Positions 5,411 to 6,604 of a stretch of DNA of 6,604 nucleotides are shown here, piece by piece (the first letter of the stretch is position 1; each line of letters starts with the position of its first letter). Under the pieces are notes generated by a model that saw only the letters and a list, made by a program, of their open reading frames with translations, made no database searches and had not been told where the DNA came from. The position numbers and the translations under genes are program-made. The DNA comes from a virus (taxonomy: Duplodnaviria; Heunggongvirae; Uroviricota; Caudoviricetes): the IMG/VR virus record IMGVR_UViG_2917849834_000003; one strand, given 5' to 3'.

Positions 5411-6604
5411 ATGCCTGCTCGACAAGTATGCCAGAATTTTTTCCACGATGCGTTAGCACCGTTTCACAAATACCGACAAAATGCTTTGCTGGATGCCACC
5501 ATCGCTCTCATCAATGGCGCATCACTGACGCTGACCAGCATCGGGCGTTATTTACCCGGCCCGGCTCAGGTCAAAAATAAAATCAAACGCGTTGACCGAC
5601 TGCTCGGTAATGAATCTCTTCACCGCGATATCCCACTGATTTTCAGTAATATTATTGCCATGCTGACTAACCAGCTATCTCTTTGTGTCATCGCCGTTGA
5701 CTGGAGTGGATATCCATCTCAGGAGCATCATGTGCTCCGCGCCAGCCTGCTCTGCGATGGACGCTCGCTTCCCCTGTTAAGCTTGATAGTCCCGTCAGAA
5801 AAACAGCAGAACTCGCAGATACAAAAAAACTTCCTGGATGCTCTTGCCGAGGCTGTAAACCCTGTGGCCAGAGTCATAATAGTTACCGATGCGGGTTTCC
5901 AGAGTGCATGGTTCCGGCATATAAGGTCACTCGGATGGGATTTTATCGGTCGCGTCAGGGGAAATATCCAGATGCGGCTGGACAGCAAAGGTGAGTGCTG
6001 GTTCAGGCGTCAGGAGTTACAGGCCAGAAGCAAACCAGAATATCTGGGGACGGGTACATTTGCCCGTTCGGAATATGCCCGGTGTGATGGCCATTTTTAT
6101 TTGCATAAAAAAGAGCTGAAAGGCCGGAAGAATCGCCGTTCACGTTGCCGCATAGAGCGTAAATCCCAAATAAAGGATGGCCGTTCTTCGGCAAAAGAAC
6201 CGTGGCTTATCTTTAGCAGTACAAATGACTTTAAACCCCGGGAAATCATGAGATTGTACAGCCGTCGCATGCAAATCGAGCAGAACTTCCGGGATGAAAA
6301 AAGCGAGCGCTTCGGGTTCGCTCTGCGTGCCAGTTACAGTCGTTCCGTGGGAAGAATGCTGGTACTGAGCCTACTGGCGACGCTGAGTACAATTGTACTG
6401 TGGCTTATTGGCTATCATGCTGAAAACAAAGGATTACATCTGAGATATCAGGCCAACAGCATTAAAACACGGCGGGTAATCTCGTATCTGACATTAGCGG
6501 AGAATGTCTTACGACACTCCCCGCTAATTTTAAGGCGAACAGTGCTGAGCACGGTTCTTAATCATCTCGCCAAAACCTACCAGAATATGGTGTTGGTTTA
6601 TTAG
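5411..6604 (+). CDS. IS4-family (IS10-like) DDE transposase
   Basis: Conserved blocks align by eye to the IS10 transposase: LTLTSIGRYLP..IKRVDRLLGN, VDWSG (first Asp), VLRASLLCDGRS, IVTDAGF (second Asp), GWDFIGRVRGN, KGRKNRRS, SAKEPWLIF, YSRRMQIEQNFRDEKS (the Y-R-E-K signature with the catalytic Glu). The ORF track starts at a TTG at 5381; the first ATG at 5411 gives an N-terminal length matching IS10, so I take 5411 as the start. Confidence 0.85.
   Translation: MPARQVCQNFFHDALAPFHKYRQNALLDATIALINGASLTLTSIGRYLPGPAQVKNKIKRVDRLLGNESLHRDIPLIFSNIIAMLTNQLSLCVIAVDWSGYPSQEHHVLRASLLCDGRSLPLLSLIVPSEKQQNSQIQKNFLDALAEAVNPVARVIIVTDAGFQSAWFRHIRSLGWDFIGRVRGNIQMRLDSKGECWFRRQELQARSKPEYLGTGTFARSEYARCDGHFYLHKKELKGRKNRRSRCRIERKSQIKDGRSSAKEPWLIFSSTNDFKPREIMRLYSRRMQIEQNFRDEKSERFGFALRASYSRSVGRMLVLSLLATLSTIVLWLIGYHAENKGLHLRYQANSIKTRRVISYLTLAENVLRHSPLILRRTVLSTVLNHLAKTYQNMVLVY

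Larger units (their letters stand above)
5317..6604 (+). mobile_element. IS10-like insertion sequence (IS4 family), truncated by the window end
   Basis: A terminal sequence CTGAGGAATCCCCAGTAATG...GGTAAAAAAA at 5317.. resembles the IS10 outside-end inverted repeat (CTGATGAATCCCCTAATGA...GGTAAAAA, from memory). A transposase gene follows about 94 bp inside. The transposase stop codon is the last three bases of the window, so the right end and right inverted repeat lie beyond it. Confidence 0.8.

Noticed and set aside
5728-6194. Two minus-strand ORFs (86 aa and 63 aa) inside the transposase gene
   Set aside because: Antisense shadow ORFs within a well-supported transposase CDS.
1-6604. CRISPR array, tRNA or rRNA genes, or an att core site
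   Set aside because: No regularly spaced direct repeats and no tRNA-like cloverleaf-forming segments were noticed. The attachment site would lie beyond the 3' end of int, to the left of the window.

Overview
The window looks like the integrase-proximal end of a lambdoid-type prophage, with an IS10-family insertion sequence at the right edge. Reading right to left on the minus strand: a tyrosine integrase (1..1305), an excisionase-like gene (1351..1596), then a string of small accessory genes with good ribosome-binding sites (1672..2016, 2094..2393, 2476..2904, 2933..3271, 3620..4321, 4888..5136), several followed by hairpin/U-tract terminators. Two of these genes (142 aa and 233 aa) are clearly more AT-rich than their neighbours and look like independently acquired morons. 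The most unusual structure is a pair of ~58-90 bp imperfect inverted repeats (3444..3534 and 4488..4545) that bracket the 233-aa orphan gene and its AT-rich promoter region. Between that cassette and the 82-aa gene lies what appears to be a frameshift-disrupted small gene with a near-perfect Shine-Dalgarno. At 5317 an IS10-like terminal repeat begins, followed by a DDE transposase (5411..6604) whose stop codon is the last base of the window, so the element is cut off by the window. I see no tRNA, rRNA or CRISPR array. Every functional call rests on reading the sequence and recalling protein families from memory; no searches were run, and the accessory genes have no function I can assign confidently.
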